Source: Candidatus Latescibacterota bacterium
GTDB taxonomy: Bacteria > Latescibacterota > UBA2968 > UBA8231
Assembly (NCBI GenBank): GCA_964291625.2
Contig: OZ220089.1
Coordinates: 544,001-608,000 of the forward strand
Direction: 5' to 3'
DNA length: 64,000 bases
In this document: positions 26,759 through 34,749 of the stretch, piece by piece
Position numbering within the stretch: position 1 is the first letter of the stretch
Layout of the letters: the number at the start of each line of letters is the position of its first letter
The notes under the pieces: model-generated
What the model was told of the DNA's origin: nothing
Seen by the model: the letters and a program-made list of their open reading frames with translations, nothing else
The model's database searches: none
Translations under genes and position numbers: made by a program

Positions 26759-28615
26759 ATGGAGGCCCTGACCAGCCGGCTGGCGGAGGCTTCCCCCGGC
26801 GAGGTCCGCGACCTCGTGGCGGCGGCCGTTGCCCGGGCCCGCGAAAGCCATTCCTCCCGGTCCGAACGCCGCGCCTTCCTGCGCGGCCTGGTCCTCTCCC
26901 CCGGTCTGGCCCGGTCGCTGCAGACGGGGGCGGCCATCGATGCCCTGCGCGGGTCCCTGTCCTCCGGAGAGTGGGAGCAGCTCTTCGGCCCGGCGGCGGC
27001 GGAGGAGCTTCCCGGGCTCCTGGTGGCCGTGGTGGACGGACGGATCGACGTGGACCACGAGGACATCCTCTCCCTGGCCCCGGGAGACGGCGCGGCGCTG
27101 GCCGCCTCGGTCGGGGAGTTGTCGGCCTACGTCAGCGCCCTCGAGGGCAGCCGCCGACGGCTGCGGGGCATGCGCGCGGCCGTCATCCTCGCCTCCCTCT
27201 ACCGGCGGCTGCAGGACGGCGGGGCCTGGAGACGGCGGACGATTCCCGCCTGCGCCATCGACGGCCCCTGGATCGCGGCTCTGAAGGAGAAGAAGGCGGC
27301 CGCCGAGCTTCCCGCGGCGTACGAGGTCCGGGTGAACGAGCTGCAGCGCGAGGACATGCGCCGCGCCCTCGCAGAAGCCGCCGGTCCTCCTCCCGAGGCC
27401 GCATCGCTGGCCGCCGCCGACGGCGGCACCTTGTTCGAGGTGCGCGCCCCCCTGCGCCTCGGCCTGTCGAGCGCCAACGCCTCGGACAACCACATCCGCA
27501 GCAAGGAGCAGGGCGGCAAGACGCTGAACGCCGGCATCGCCCTCCAGGCCGGCGATTCCGGAGAGGTCGCGCCGCCGCTCCGCGTCGGCGTCCGGCCCCT
27601 GCCCGAGCCTCGGCTCGTGCTGCGCTCCCGCTCCGCCGACTTCCGGGCCGACTTCGAGATCGACCGCCGCGGAGACGCCGGGATCCAGAGCGAGCTGTTC
27701 TTCGCCTACCGCCGCGGCGGCGACGAGGCCCTGCGCATGGTCAAGCAGGGACTGGTGCACACGGGGGTCGTCCGTCCCGACTCCGAAGACGTGGTCGGCG
27801 ACGTGGCCGCCTTCTGCGGCGGCGGCGGCCTCGAGATCACCACGTCCTGCACCGTGCAGCAGGGGTCCGGCCTCGGCACCAGCAGCATCCTTGCGGCGGC
27901 GGTCCTCAAGCTCCTCTACCGCCTCGTGGGCCACCCCGCCGGCAGAGAGAACGGAGAGTATCCGGGGCTCTACGATCAGAGCGTGCTCCTCGAGCAGTCC
28001 ATCGGCCTGAACTCGGGATGGCAGGACGCCCGCGGGGCCCGGGGAGGACCGAGCGCGGTGAAGGACTTCTACGCGCCTCCCACCGACGGCCTGCCGGCGC
28101 CCGAGCTGACCTACGTCGACGTCGACGCCGAGGAGTTCCACCGCCGCGTGGTGCTCTTCGACACCGGCATCGCCCGGGCCGCCACCCGCGGCCTGAACGT
28201 GGTCATGGACGCCTACCTGTCCCGCCGGCGCGGGCGCTACGGGGCGATCCGCGAGTCCCTGTCGATCCACGACGAGATGGTCGAGGCCCTGGGCGCCGGC
28301 GACTACCCCGCCCTCGGGAGGCTGGCCAGCCGCTACTGGCAGCTGCGCTGCATCCTCGATCCGGAGGCCACCAGCCCCGCCATTCAGCAGCTCTTCGAGC
28401 CGCCGCTCTCCGACCTCACCGAAGGGGGAGCCCTCTCCGGCGCCGGCGGCGGCGGCTTCGGTCTCCTCGTCTGCCGCGAGGGCGAAGAGGAGCGCCTCCA
28501 CTCGTGTCTGAGGAAGCTGAGGGACCAGAGGGCCTATGCCCGGTCCGCCGTCGTCGCCTACCGCCTCGACGCCACCGGGCTGAAACTGACCGAGAGCCAA
28601 CCACCGCCGCCGTAG
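26759..28615 (+). CDS. GHMP-family sugar kinase, L-fucokinase/heptose-kinase-like, with about 220-aa helical N-terminal extension
   Basis: ATG 2 nt after the previous stop; VRAPLRLGL, GGKTLNAGI, QGSGLGTSS (GHMP ATP loop), SGWQD, LSGAGGGGF. Confidence 0.82.
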   Translation: MEALTSRLAEASPGEVRDLVAAAVARARESHSSRSERRAFLRGLVLSPGLARSLQTGAAIDALRGSLSSGEWEQLFGPAAAEELPGLLVAVVDGRIDVDHEDILSLAPGDGAALAASVGELSAYVSALEGSRRRLRGMRAAVILASLYRRLQDGGAWRRRTIPACAIDGPWIAALKEKKAAAELPAAYEVRVNELQREDMRRALAEAAGPPPEAASLAAADGGTLFEVRAPLRLGLSSANASDNHIRSKEQGGKTLNAGIALQAGDSGEVAPPLRVGVRPLPEPRLVLRSRSADFRADFEIDRRGDAGIQSELFFAYRRGGDEALRMVKQGLVHTGVVRPDSEDVVGDVAAFCGGGGLEITTSCTVQQGSGLGTSSILAAAVLKLLYRLVGHPAGRENGEYPGLYDQSVLLEQSIGLNSGWQDARGARGGPSAVKDFYAPPTDGLPAPELTYVDVDAEEFHRRVVLFDTGIARAATRGLNVVMDAYLSRRRGRYGAIRESLSIHDEMVEALGAGDYPALGRLASRYWQLRCILDPEATSPAIQQLFEPPLSDLTEGGALSGAGGGGFGLLVCREGEEERLHSCLRKLRDQRAYARSAVVAYRLDATGLKLTESQPPPP

Positions 28616-28634
28616 TCAACACGGAGAAGACGGC

Positions 28635-29402
28635 ATGCTGATGCAGGACTGCGCCGGTTTCGTCACCGGCGTCGCCAACCACCGGAGCATCGCCTGGGCC
28701 ACGGCCCGGGCTCTCGACCGCGAGGGCGCCCGGCTGGCCCTCGGATACCTGGGAGAGCGGGAGCTGGAGAGCATCGAGCGCATCACCGGCCAGTTGCGGC
28801 AGCCGCCCCTGCTGGTGCAGTGCGACGTCACCGACGACGAGTCGGTGACCTCCGCCTTCGAGGTCGTCGGCCGGGAGATGGGGTCCCTCGACTGCCTGGT
28901 CCACGCCATCGCCTTCGCCCGCCGGGAGGATCTGGACGGCCGTTTCGCGGACACCAGCCGCAGCGGCTACGACCTGGCCCTCGGCGTCAGCGCCTACTCG
29001 CTGAACGTCCTGGTGCGCGGCGCCGAGCCGCTGATGAAGCCGGGCGCCGGCGTCGTCGCCCTCACCTACCTGGGCAGCGAGCGGGCGATCCCCCGGTACA
29101 ACGTCATGGGCGTGGCCAAGGCCGCCCTGGAGTCGGGCATCCGCTACCTGGCCAGCGAGCTGGGGGAGAAGGAAATCCGCGTCAACGGGCTCTCGGCCGG
29201 GCCGATCCGCACCCTGGCGGCGCGCGGCATCCGCGATTTCAACGCCATGCTCCGCGTCCACGCCGAGCGCGCCGCCCTCAAGCGCAACAACGAGGTCGAC
29301 GAGATCGGCGACGCGGCCCTGTTCCTGTGCAGCCGGCTGAGCCGCGGGATGACGGGCGAGGTGATGTACGTCGACGCCGGCTACCGCATCATGGGCCTGT
29401 AG
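28635..29402 (+). CDS. fabI: Enoyl-ACP reductase (NADH)
   Basis: GVANHRSIAWA, QCDVTDD, HAIAFA, YNVMGVAKAALE, SAGPIRTLAA. Confidence 0.95.
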   Translation: MLMQDCAGFVTGVANHRSIAWATARALDREGARLALGYLGERELESIERITGQLRQPPLLVQCDVTDDESVTSAFEVVGREMGSLDCLVHAIAFARREDLDGRFADTSRSGYDLALGVSAYSLNVLVRGAEPLMKPGAGVVALTYLGSERAIPRYNVMGVAKAALESGIRYLASELGEKEIRVNGLSAGPIRTLAARGIRDFNAMLRVHAERAALKRNNEVDEIGDAALFLCSRLSRGMTGEVMYVDAGYRIMGL

Positions 29403-30100
29403 CCCGGCGGCGGCAGGTCGAGTCCGCGCAGCGCCGCCCGGGAGTGGCTGGCGGTGGTATCGTCCCCGCTCCGGGCCAGCGCCTCCAGGTGGACGCGCAG
29501 GAAGGCCGCCTCCTCCGGCACGTCGACGTCGTACCACGGCGGCATCAGTGACAGCCGCAGCCCACCGGGCAGGGCCGCCAGGGTCTGCTCCAGAACCCGG
29601 CCCGTCCCCCACTCGATCCCCCGGAAGACCGCCGGCGCCGCCGACGGCAGCGCCGCCGCCCGCAGACCGATGAGGTAGTAGCCGCCGTCGACGCTGGGGC
29701 CGATGACCACATCGGCCGACCGCAGCCGGCGCAGGGCCTCGTCTATGGACCATGGCGTCAGCGAGGGGCTGTCCGACCCGAGGAGGACGACACGGCCGCA
29801 GCCGGCGCCGACAGCCCGCCGGCAGAGGGCTTCCAGACGCTCTCCCAGCGGGCCTCCGGGCTGCCCCTCGAAGGCGAGTCCCTCGGGCGCGCCGAGGAGT
29901 GCACGCAGGCAGGACTCGCCCCCGGGCGGCTCCACGGCGACGATCTTGAGGCTCGCGGCGGAGGCCGCCAGGGCCTCGGCGCAGTCGCGCAGGAAGGCGG
30001 TGTAGAGCTCCGCCGCCTGGCCGGGGGTCAGCCGCGGCTGCAGCCGCGTCTTCACCCTCCCGGCGCGTGGCTCCCTGGCGAAGAGCACGGCGGCGGTCAG
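29381..30100 (-). CDS. DUF2064 / TIGR04282-type glycosyltransferase-like (CofC/MobA-like fold) protein
   Basis: FAREPRAGRVKTRL, Q..G.LGERL, LGSDSP, GPSVDGGYYLIG, WYDVD. Probable CTG start at 30100 after GGGAGGGG; the track uses GTG 30088. Confidence 0.82.
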   Translation of the reverse strand: MTAAVLFAREPRAGRVKTRLQPRLTPGQAAELYTAFLRDCAEALAASAASLKIVAVEPPGGESCLRALLGAPEGLAFEGQPGGPLGERLEALCRRAVGAGCGRVVLLGSDSPSLTPWSIDEALRRLRSADVVIGPSVDGGYYLIGLRAAALPSAAPAVFRGIEWGTGRVLEQTLAALPGGLRLSLMPPWYDVDVPEEAAFLRVHLEALARSGDDTTASHSRAALRGLDLPPPGYRPMMR

Positions 30101-30115
30101 GACGGCCCCTCCCGG

Positions 30116-30144
30116 TTGAAGAGCCGCGAGGAGGGCCGTATCTT
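30116..30144 (+). promoter_or_regulatory. sigma70-type promoter for the 30202-34490 operon
   Basis: TTGAAG-17 bp-TATCTT. Confidence 0.55.
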
Positions 30145-30201
30145 CGATGGTTTGCGCACGCCACCCACCCCCTTCAAAATCAGAGGAAGCGGAAGAGACC
30201 G

Positions 30202-31395
30202 ATGGCAGAGGTACATATCATCCGGCACCGCCCCGGCGCCGTGTTCTGCGGCACCTGCGAGGTCGTGCAGATCGACGACGACAGCAAGGTTACCCGCCTC
30301 GTGGAACCCAGCGGCAACGTGGGCACCCAGTACCCCAACGAGGTCGGCTCCGAGTGGTTCGGCACCATCGAGAATCTGAGCGCCGGTCTGACCCTGGGCA
30401 AGGCGCACTGGTCCGACGTGTACAAGACCGACGTCCTGTGGACGACGCCCTCCGCCTCCCGCGATGAGTGCGATCTCCGCAAGAACGACTTCAACGCCGT
30501 GTACGGCGCCATGCTGCAGGCCGTCACCGGGGGGCCGCTGCGCTCCAACCGGATGGCCCGCTTCACGCACCCGGAGGGCTTCCCCGACCCGGCAGCCCTC
30601 TTCGAGGTGCAGATCAAGGCCGCCGCGGGCGACGTCGAGATCGGCGGCGGCCGGCTCGACTTCGGGTCGTGGATCGACCATCAGCCGAGCGGCGCCTCGG
30701 TGATGCACCGCAAGGACGGCGAGACGATCACCACCCTCGGGCCGGACGTAGCCGAGGAGATGACCTTCGTCCTCGAGGAGCAGTACGCCCGCCCCTTCGC
30801 CGAGGCCGGCGTCGACTTCCGCACGCAGACGGTGTGGATGGAGATCCTCGTGGCCGTCGACGACGCACCGGACCAGGCCTGGAGCCGCATCGAGGTCGTT
30901 CGCCAGGTCTTCGAGGACTACTTCGGGGAGCACCGGCCCGCCGGGCTGATCTACCCGGTGTCGCGGATCCCCAACCTCGACGGCGTCGTCGAGCCGCAGC
31001 CCCGCGTCGTCAGCGGCGACGGCGTCGAGATCCTCCGCTCCGGCCGCCTGGAGCACGGCTTCAGTACCTGGACCGCCATCCGCCACGGCGGCATCACCGA
31101 GGCCATGGTGAGCGCCGTCGGCGGAGACGACGCCGGCGAGATCCTCGACGCCGTCGACACCCGCGTGAAGGAGGCCGGAGGCGCGGGGCTGAAGGCCGAC
31201 GGGGTGTTCAACAACGCCTACATCGGCGCCGGCGTCGACTCCGGCGCCAACCGGGAGTCCCTCGCCGCCTTCAATCCCTCTTTCACCCAGTGGTATGAGG
31301 GGACGGTGCCCGCCGGGCGCACGGCCCAGTACGTCGGCGGCGTGCAGCAGTCGGGGTTCGCCTACGGCGTCTCCAACCGGTCGATCTTCGCCTGA
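30202..31395 (+). CDS. Hypothetical protein with three divergent RidA/YjgF-like repeats (397 aa)
   Basis: TIENL...HWSDVYKTDV...DFNAVYGAML...FPDPAALFEVQ resembles RidA (ENL..VL...DVVK...DF..MN.VY...LP...VEIE). Two further degenerate copies: FEDYFGEHRPAG...IP...VVEPQ and AAFNPSFTQWYEGTVPAGRT. Confidence 0.55.
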   Translation: MAEVHIIRHRPGAVFCGTCEVVQIDDDSKVTRLVEPSGNVGTQYPNEVGSEWFGTIENLSAGLTLGKAHWSDVYKTDVLWTTPSASRDECDLRKNDFNAVYGAMLQAVTGGPLRSNRMARFTHPEGFPDPAALFEVQIKAAAGDVEIGGGRLDFGSWIDHQPSGASVMHRKDGETITTLGPDVAEEMTFVLEEQYARPFAEAGVDFRTQTVWMEILVAVDDAPDQAWSRIEVVRQVFEDYFGEHRPAGLIYPVSRIPNLDGVVEPQPRVVSGDGVEILRSGRLEHGFSTWTAIRHGGITEAMVSAVGGDDAGEILDAVDTRVKEAGGAGLKADGVFNNAYIGAGVDSGANRESLAAFNPSFTQWYEGTVPAGRTAQYVGGVQQSGFAYGVSNRSIFA

Positions 31396-31410
31396 GGAAG
31401 CCGGGGTCCG

Positions 31411-31905
31411 TTGCAGTCCGCAGCGATCGTCGACGAGTTGAAGAGGCAGGGCGTCACCCACGTCGTCGGCCTCCCCGACAACGGCTCGCGGGCCCTCTTC
31501 GAGGCGCTCTGGGCCGACGACGAGATGGAGGTCATCGGCGTCACCCGGGAGGGCGAGGCCTTCGCCGTGGCCAGCGGCCTCTGCCTGGGGGGCGTCACGC
31601 CCGTGGTCATCATCCAGAACACGGGCTTCCTGGAGACCGGCGACGCCTTCCGCGGAACGGCCTACAACATGGGGCTTCCGCTGGTCATGCTCGTCGGGTA
31701 CCGCGGTTTCCAGTCGATGGCCCCGGGCGCCGAGCGCGTCGACACGGCTGCAACCTTCTTCGAGCCGACCCTGAAGGCCTGGGACATTCCCTACTCGGTG
31801 CTCGATGACGAAGGCGACCCCCGCGCGCAGGTGGCCGGGGCCTTCGACCTCGCCCGCGAACGCTCGCTGCCGTCGGCGGTCCTCCTCGTGGGCACCACGG
31901 AATAG
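31411..31905 (+). CDS. ThDP-dependent decarboxylase alpha subunit (ComD / phosphonopyruvate decarboxylase N-half-like)
   Basis: GVTHVVGLPD, TREGEAFAVASGL, IIQNTG, LVMLVGYRG; TTG start. Confidence 0.85.
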   Translation: MQSAAIVDELKRQGVTHVVGLPDNGSRALFEALWADDEMEVIGVTREGEAFAVASGLCLGGVTPVVIIQNTGFLETGDAFRGTAYNMGLPLVMLVGYRGFQSMAPGAERVDTAATFFEPTLKAWDIPYSVLDDEGDPRAQVAGAFDLARERSLPSAVLLVGTTE

Positions 31906-31907
31906 CC

Positions 31908-32474
31908 GTGCTCGACAAGTACCGCTGCCTGAGCAGGCTCGCCGCGGCCCGGCGCGATGGCGACGTGGTGGTCACCACCATGAGCGTCGCCATGCCGTGG
32001 GCGGAGCTCTCCGACACCGCCCTCGACTTCGCCTCCGTGGACAGCGCCATGGGCCACGCCGCCGATCTGGCCTACGGGCTCGCCCTGGCCCGGCCGGACC
32101 GGCGCGTGCTCTGCCTGAACGGCGACGGCTCGACCCTGATGTGCCTGGGGACATTGGTGACCATCGCCCAGGGAGGGGCCGCCAACTACAGCCTGATCAT
32201 CACCGAGAACGGCACCTACGAGGTCACGGGAAACCAGCCCGTGCCGGGTGCCGGCGTCGTCGACTTCGAGGCCATGGCCCGCGCCGCCGGACTGCGCGAG
32301 GTGCACACCATCGACGACCCCGACGACTTCGAGCGCAAGCTGCCCCTCCACTTCGAGGTCGATGGTCCGGCGGTCTTCATCTGGCGCCTCGAGCAGGGCG
32401 GCGAGCCGGTGCCGCGGCCGGCGCGGCCGATCCGAGACCGCGCCCACGACCTGCGCGCCGCCCTCGCCCGCTAG
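31908..32474 (+). CDS. ThDP-dependent decarboxylase beta subunit (ComE-like)
   Basis: SAMGHA, ThDP-binding motif GDGSTLM...ENGTYEVTGNQP. Confidence 0.87.
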   Translation: MLDKYRCLSRLAAARRDGDVVVTTMSVAMPWAELSDTALDFASVDSAMGHAADLAYGLALARPDRRVLCLNGDGSTLMCLGTLVTIAQGGAANYSLIITENGTYEVTGNQPVPGAGVVDFEAMARAAGLREVHTIDDPDDFERKLPLHFEVDGPAVFIWRLEQGGEPVPRPARPIRDRAHDLRAALAR

Positions 32475-32478
32475 CCTC

Positions 32479-33720
32479 ATGTCCTTCCCCCGGATGGCCC
32501 CCTTCCGGCAGCACTTCGCCGCCGAGAGCCTCGACGACGTTCCCGCCGCGGTCTCCGCCGAGCTGGAGGGCAGCGGCCTCTCCGGCCGCATCCACCCCGG
32601 GCAGCGCATCGCCGTCACCGGCGGCAGCCGCGGCATCGCCAACATCGCCGAGATCACCCGCACCGTCGTCGCGGCGGTAGCCGCCGCCGGAGGCCGGCCT
32701 TTCGTCATGCCCGCCATGGGCAGCCACGGCGGCGCCACCGCCCGGGGCCAGAAGGAGGTCCTGGCCGGCTACGGCCTCCATCCGGCCGCGATGGGGTGCC
32801 CGGTGGAGGCCACCATGGAGGTGGCCGAGGTGGGCAGGCTCGACGACGGCACCCCCGTCCTCGTCAACCGGCTGGCGCTGGAGGCCGACGGGGTGATCGT
32901 CATCAACCGGGTCAAGCCCCACACCTCCTTCCGCGGCACCCATGAGAGCGGACTCGCCAAGATGCTGGCCATCGGTCTCGGCTGCCACCGGGGCGCCACC
33001 ATGGCCCATGCCCAGGGCGCCGAGGGCCTGGCCCGGCTGGTGCCGGCCCTCGGCGGCGCCCTTCTCGAGCGGCTGAACGTGCTCGCCGGCGTCGCCATCG
33101 TGGAGAACGCCCGCGACGAGACGGCCATGGTCGCCGGCCTGCCACCGGGCGACATCCTCTCCGGCGAAGCCCGCCTCCTCGAGGTGGCCCGCAACAACAT
33201 GCCCCGCCTCCTGGTGCGGCAGATCGACCTCCTGATCGTCGACGAGATGGGCAAGAACATCTCCGGCACCGGGATGGACACCAACGTCATCGGCCGCATG
33301 TTGCTGCCCGGGGTCGCCGAGCCCGACGAACCGGGGGTGTCGCGCATCTTCGTGCGCCGGCTCTCCGAGAATACCCATGGCAACGCAAACGGCGTGGGCC
33401 TGGCCGACGTGATCACCCGGCAGCTCTTCGATGCCATCGACTTCGAGGCGACCTACGCCAACGCCTTCACCTCGACCTTCCTCAACCGGGCCTACGTCCC
33501 CATCGTCAAGAAAGACGACCGCGAGGCGGTCGCCTCCATGCTCGAGGTCCTGCGCCTCGACGACGGCGGCGCCCTGCGCGCGGCCCGCATCCGCAACACG
33601 CTGGAGGTGGCGAACATCCAGCTGAGCGAGGCCCTGGCGCGCGACAGCGGCCACCCCGATCTGGAACGCCTCGGCGACTTCGAGCCCATGCGATTCACCG
33701 ACGACGGAGCCCTGGTCTGA
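32479..33720 (+). CDS. LarA-like (lactate racemase N-terminal / DUF2088-DUF362) family protein
   Basis: IAVTGGSRGIANI, PFVMPAMGSHGGATA.GQ, INRVKPHTSF, ESGLAKMLAIGLG, GKNISGTGMDTNVIGR. Confidence 0.8.
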   Translation: MSFPRMAPFRQHFAAESLDDVPAAVSAELEGSGLSGRIHPGQRIAVTGGSRGIANIAEITRTVVAAVAAAGGRPFVMPAMGSHGGATARGQKEVLAGYGLHPAAMGCPVEATMEVAEVGRLDDGTPVLVNRLALEADGVIVINRVKPHTSFRGTHESGLAKMLAIGLGCHRGATMAHAQGAEGLARLVPALGGALLERLNVLAGVAIVENARDETAMVAGLPPGDILSGEARLLEVARNNMPRLLVRQIDLLIVDEMGKNISGTGMDTNVIGRMLLPGVAEPDEPGVSRIFVRRLSENTHGNANGVGLADVITRQLFDAIDFEATYANAFTSTFLNRAYVPIVKKDDREAVASMLEVLRLDDGGALRAARIRNTLEVANIQLSEALARDSGHPDLERLGDFEPMRFTDDGALV

Positions 33721-34490
33721 CCGCCCCGGAAGACCCCTTCGACCTCTCCGGCCGGGTGGCGCTGGTCACCGGCTGCCGGCGCGGGATCGGCAGGGCGATG
33801 ACCGCCGCCCTGGCTCGGGCTGGCGCCGACGTGATCGGCGTCTCGGCGTCCCTGGAGGAAGACGGCAGCGCCGTGGAGCGGGAAGTGGCGGCCCTGGGCA
33901 GATCCTTCGCCCCCTACCGGTGCGACTTCTCCGACCGCGGGGCTCTGCGGGCCTTCATCGACCGCGTGCGGTCCGACCATCCGCGCATCGACATCCTCGT
34001 CAACAACGCCGGCACGATCCTGCGGAAAGCGGCGGCCGAGCACCCCGACGAGTACTGGGACCGCACCCTGGAGATCAATCTGAGCGCCCAGTTCGTCCTC
34101 ACCCGCGAGATCGGCGGCCGGATGGCCGACCGGGGGTGCGGAAAGGTGATCTTCATCGCCTCGGTCCTGAGCTTTCAGGGAGGTATCACCGTCCCCGGTT
34201 ACAGCGCCAGCAAGGGCGGGATCCACACCCTGACCATGGCCTTCGCCAACGAATGGGCCTCCCGGGGCGTAAACGTAAACGCCATCGCGCCGGGCTACGT
34301 GACCACCGACAACACCGAGGCGTTGCGTCAGGACCCCGGTCGAAACGCCTCCATCCTCGCCCGCATCCCCGCGGGGCGCTGGGGCGAGGCGGAGGACTTC
34401 GGCGGCCCCGTGGTCTTCCTCGCCTCGGAGGCCTCGCGCTACGTCCACGGCGCGACCCTGCTCGTGGACGGAGGCTGGATGGGGCGCTGA
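33717..34490 (+). CDS. kduD: SDR, 2-dehydro-3-deoxy-D-gluconate 5-dehydrogenase (KduD)-like
   Basis: FDLSGRVALVTGCRRGIG, NNAG, FQGGITVPGYSASKGG, ANEWA..GVNVNAIAPGY, VDGGWMGR. The N-terminus extends upstream of 33756 to a CTG at 33717 overlapping the previous TGA. Confidence 0.8.
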   Translation: MTAPEDPFDLSGRVALVTGCRRGIGRAMTAALARAGADVIGVSASLEEDGSAVEREVAALGRSFAPYRCDFSDRGALRAFIDRVRSDHPRIDILVNNAGTILRKAAAEHPDEYWDRTLEINLSAQFVLTREIGGRMADRGCGKVIFIASVLSFQGGITVPGYSASKGGIHTLTMAFANEWASRGVNVNAIAPGYVTTDNTEALRQDPGRNASILARIPAGRWGEAEDFGGPVVFLASEASRYVHGATLLVDGGWMGR

Positions 34491-34563
34491 GAACGGCCGT
34501 TGGCGGGAGATTTTGCCCTTGACAAGCCGAGAGTCTTTTCCCATTTATACCCCCTCTCACCAG

Positions 34564-34702
34564 CGGTTCTCTTTCTGCCTACCGTCCATTTGACCTGCCC
34601 ATGTAGGCAGTATTGTCGGAATCGCAATACTGTAAGGAACAGCAATGGTCTATCGGACCGAGAAAGGAGGAGAGGAGCCGATCTTCAAGAGACTGCACAG
34701 TC
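34564..34702 (+). promoter_or_regulatory. Candidate structured 5' leader RNA in an AT-rich intergenic region
   Basis: Nested inverted repeats: ctgcctac/gtaggcag, cagtattg/caatactg, ggtc/gacc, ctttct/agaaag, gactg/cagtc. Perfect TTGACA at 34519 upstream. Confidence 0.4.
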
Positions 34703-34749
34703 ATCGTTTCCATCCAACCAAATTCCTCTTTGACAAGGAGCCCTTCGCA

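Noticed and set aside
29381-30100. Arsenosugar biosynthesis cluster
   Set aside because: The family is widespread, and no arsM, arsS or other ars genes are adjacent.
31411-32474. Coenzyme M or phosphonate biosynthesis
   Set aside because: No comA/B/C or PEP mutase nearby; the family assignment alone does not fix the substrate.
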